DNA of 64,000 nt from Tubulanus polymorphus (lineage: Eukaryota; Animalia; Nemertea): NCBI RefSeq assembly GCF_964204645.1, contig NC_134027.1, positions 8,960,485 through 9,024,484 on the forward strand. Reading direction: 5' to 3'. The position numbers were made by a program, and so were the translations under genes. The notes under the pieces are model-generated. The model had not been told where the DNA came from, did not search any database, and worked only from the letters and a program-made list of their open reading frames with translations. Position 1 is the stretch's first letter. Every line of letters begins with the position of its first letter. This document shows, one piece after another, positions 61,805 through 64,000 of this stretch.

Positions 61805-61885
61805 AGCCGCGATCACTCGAGCATTTTTGGCCCCGGCCAAATTTTGCCCATGTCAAGTTTGGCCCGGAATGGCACCCAAATGGCC
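61805..61885 (-). mobile_element. MITE family A terminal fragment
   Basis: agccgcgatcactcgagcatttttggccccggccaaatttt; a shorter end fragment also lies at ~28678-28705. Confidence 0.7.
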
Positions 61886-63069
61886 ACCCTGTTACTTGTT
61901 ATATCATGAATCTTTCTTATCAATGTATTAACATAACCTGTTGATGCGTAGTTGAAATAAAGTGGATGTGGCGAGATTACTATATTATAATTAATACAAT
62001 TTCATCACTGAATTGCTCATTTCGCAAAATGTGTTGCATTTATAAGTATCCTTTTTGTTCACCCAGTCCTGGCAGTGTGGCTGTCTCCACAGTGTATCTA
62101 CGTTGCTCTACGATCCTGTGTAACCACCCACCCAGACACGTTCATTCAAATTTCGCGTGACTTTTGCCGACACAACTACTGTCGGCATTTTTGCCTGTGT
62201 TCAAACTGCGATATCACAGCAAATAAACAACCGATTTTGATAAATAAACTATCTACACTAACCTTATGATGTCTTACGTTTGTTCATTATATCATTTTGA
62301 CGATGAATCTGATTTTAGTACGATTAAATTTAAGATACAAAAATACACGCATCGCTCAAGTGTCTTGTTGCTAACGAACTACAGTGTTACAATGCCTAGT
62401 TTCAAAGTGAAAAAATTGTGTCATTTTTGCTATTTCTGTATTTATATCGCATTAAGCACGGAGTATGATGAAGGAACCTCCGAATGAACATAATAATAAG
62501 AAAACTGAATATGTGATGTTTGCAATGATAGTTTATTTTTCACAATCGATTTGGTGAAACTGGATTTCTGGTGGTTTAAAGTCACAGTGATTTAATAGTA
62601 TCGAGAAAATGTCGTTCGTGTCTTAGTGTCTGTGGTACATCAGACACTATAAGGTTCTTGGTGAACCTTTTTGATGTGTCTTTTTAAAAGTCAATTCGTA
62701 ATGTATACGTCCCAATTGGCTATTGATCTGATTTTATACACAGCTGTGGTGAGATATGTTTTTCCTTCATCGGTGTCCTCACCGCTGCGCTATTTGTCTA
62801 ATGAAAGATCTAATCTCCCGTGCATTGGAAATCAATCCAGTAATGGAGAGATATCGAAAGGTGTCTGATTTCTTTTCACTGAGTCCGAAGGCCATTCAGG
62901 CTTATGCTGTACCCCTTGGTCTCAGTGGTGGTTGTCTGGCGTGCCTACGTCTTTGAGTTTGTCTTGTGAACTCTCTACAGACCAGAATATTATTCCGATC
63001 ATCATCAAATTCGATTATATTGTGTAGGATCATAAAATCTGGTATGAGTTCGATATTTGTGATTATCGG

Positions 63070-63585
63070 ATCAAAGCTGGCCAATTAGCAGCCATCTTTG
63101 TTTTTTGAAATTTACATTTTGGATAATAACTAATATAGCATTCCATATCAAGCTATCATTTTTCACATGAGAATGGGAAATGGAATGGTGTATCATAAGA
63201 CCATAGAAGGTCATGATGTCATCCAAGATGGCTGACTGGCGGTCATTTTGGAATCTGAAATTATACATTTTGGTCATCAACTCAAATTTTGATTTAAAGC
63301 TTTCATTTTTCATTCGTCAACTGGGATGCCCATCCCATGACCAAACTAGGTCATGATCTCATCCAAGATGGCCGACTGGCAGCCATTTTGGATTCTGAAA
63401 TAATGCATTTTGGTCATCAACTCAAAAGGTTTTCCACCTAGAGCTTTCATATATCAACTGGCATGACCTATCACATAACCAAACTAGGAAATGATGTCAT
63501 CCAAGATGGCTGACTGGATTGTGAATATGAATATGTCACCTAGTGACCAAACTAGGCCATGATGTCATTCAAGATGTCTGACTGT
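63070..63585. repeat. Degenerate tandem repeat with CAAGATGGC...GCCATTTTG core (~140-bp units plus partials)
   Basis: gtcatgat.tcatccaagatggc.gactggc.g.cattttgga.tctgaaat and accaaactagg recur 3-4 times. Confidence 0.8.
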
Positions 63586-64000
63586 GACTTTACTTAGCAC
63601 CTGACCACGCAGGCGTAGATGCACCTTCATCTTGTTGTCAAAAGACGTGCGTGGATAGCGGCAAACTCACAACTACAGAAGCTCTAGCTCCGCATTTTGA
63701 TCCTTTGTGACTTTCCTTCATTACGTTTTAAGTAGTAGGGAGCATGACGCCAACAAACGCCGAGTTGGTCACCGGTAGTCGAATCGTATCGACTAAATTT
63801 GATTTGTTCGGGATTAAAAAATTCCTTTGGTTGGCAAATCTGCTTAATGCGTTTGACAATAAAAAAGTTTGCTTGCGATCTGATCAGAAATTCGTACACG
63901 CGCAAAACTAGTCGGAGTTAATGAACTATAGTTCACACTTCATCTCCCTGCATAACATCTCATTGGCCTTTGTGTCTGCTGTGCCATTTGCTGTTGATCA

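Noticed and set aside
31395-64000. Remaining short ORFs (60-134 aa) in the large intron
   Set aside because: No recognisable domains, many non-ATG starts, and several overlap MITEs. None resembles the expected next LRRCC1 coiled-coil exon.

Overview
This window is eukaryotic (metazoan invertebrate) genomic DNA with spliceosomal GT-AG introns; a marine lophotrochozoan is plausible but only inferred. It holds two recognisable genes. (1) The 5' part of an LRRCC1 (CLERC/VFL1-like, centriolar LRR + coiled-coil) gene on the + strand: 9 phase-consistent coding exons from 8694 to 31394 (417 codons). The next exon was not found by eye in the remaining >32 kb. (2) An FMRFamide-receptor-like class A GPCR with a single coding exon on the - strand (13700-14953), nested antisense in an LRRCC1 intron. 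The rest is a repeat-rich landscape: a 78-bp satellite, many PIF/Harbinger-like and hAT-like MITEs (several nested in one another), a 5'-truncated CR1/L2-group LINE inserted in a MITE, a probable Tc1/mariner fossil and tandem duplications. The most unusual signal is a dispersed set of 40-nt minimal type-I hammerhead-ribozyme-like motifs. They show covarying stems, lie on the - strand and each carries a core mutation. No prokaryotic-type system (CRISPR, operon) is present. All calls are by eye, with no database searches.
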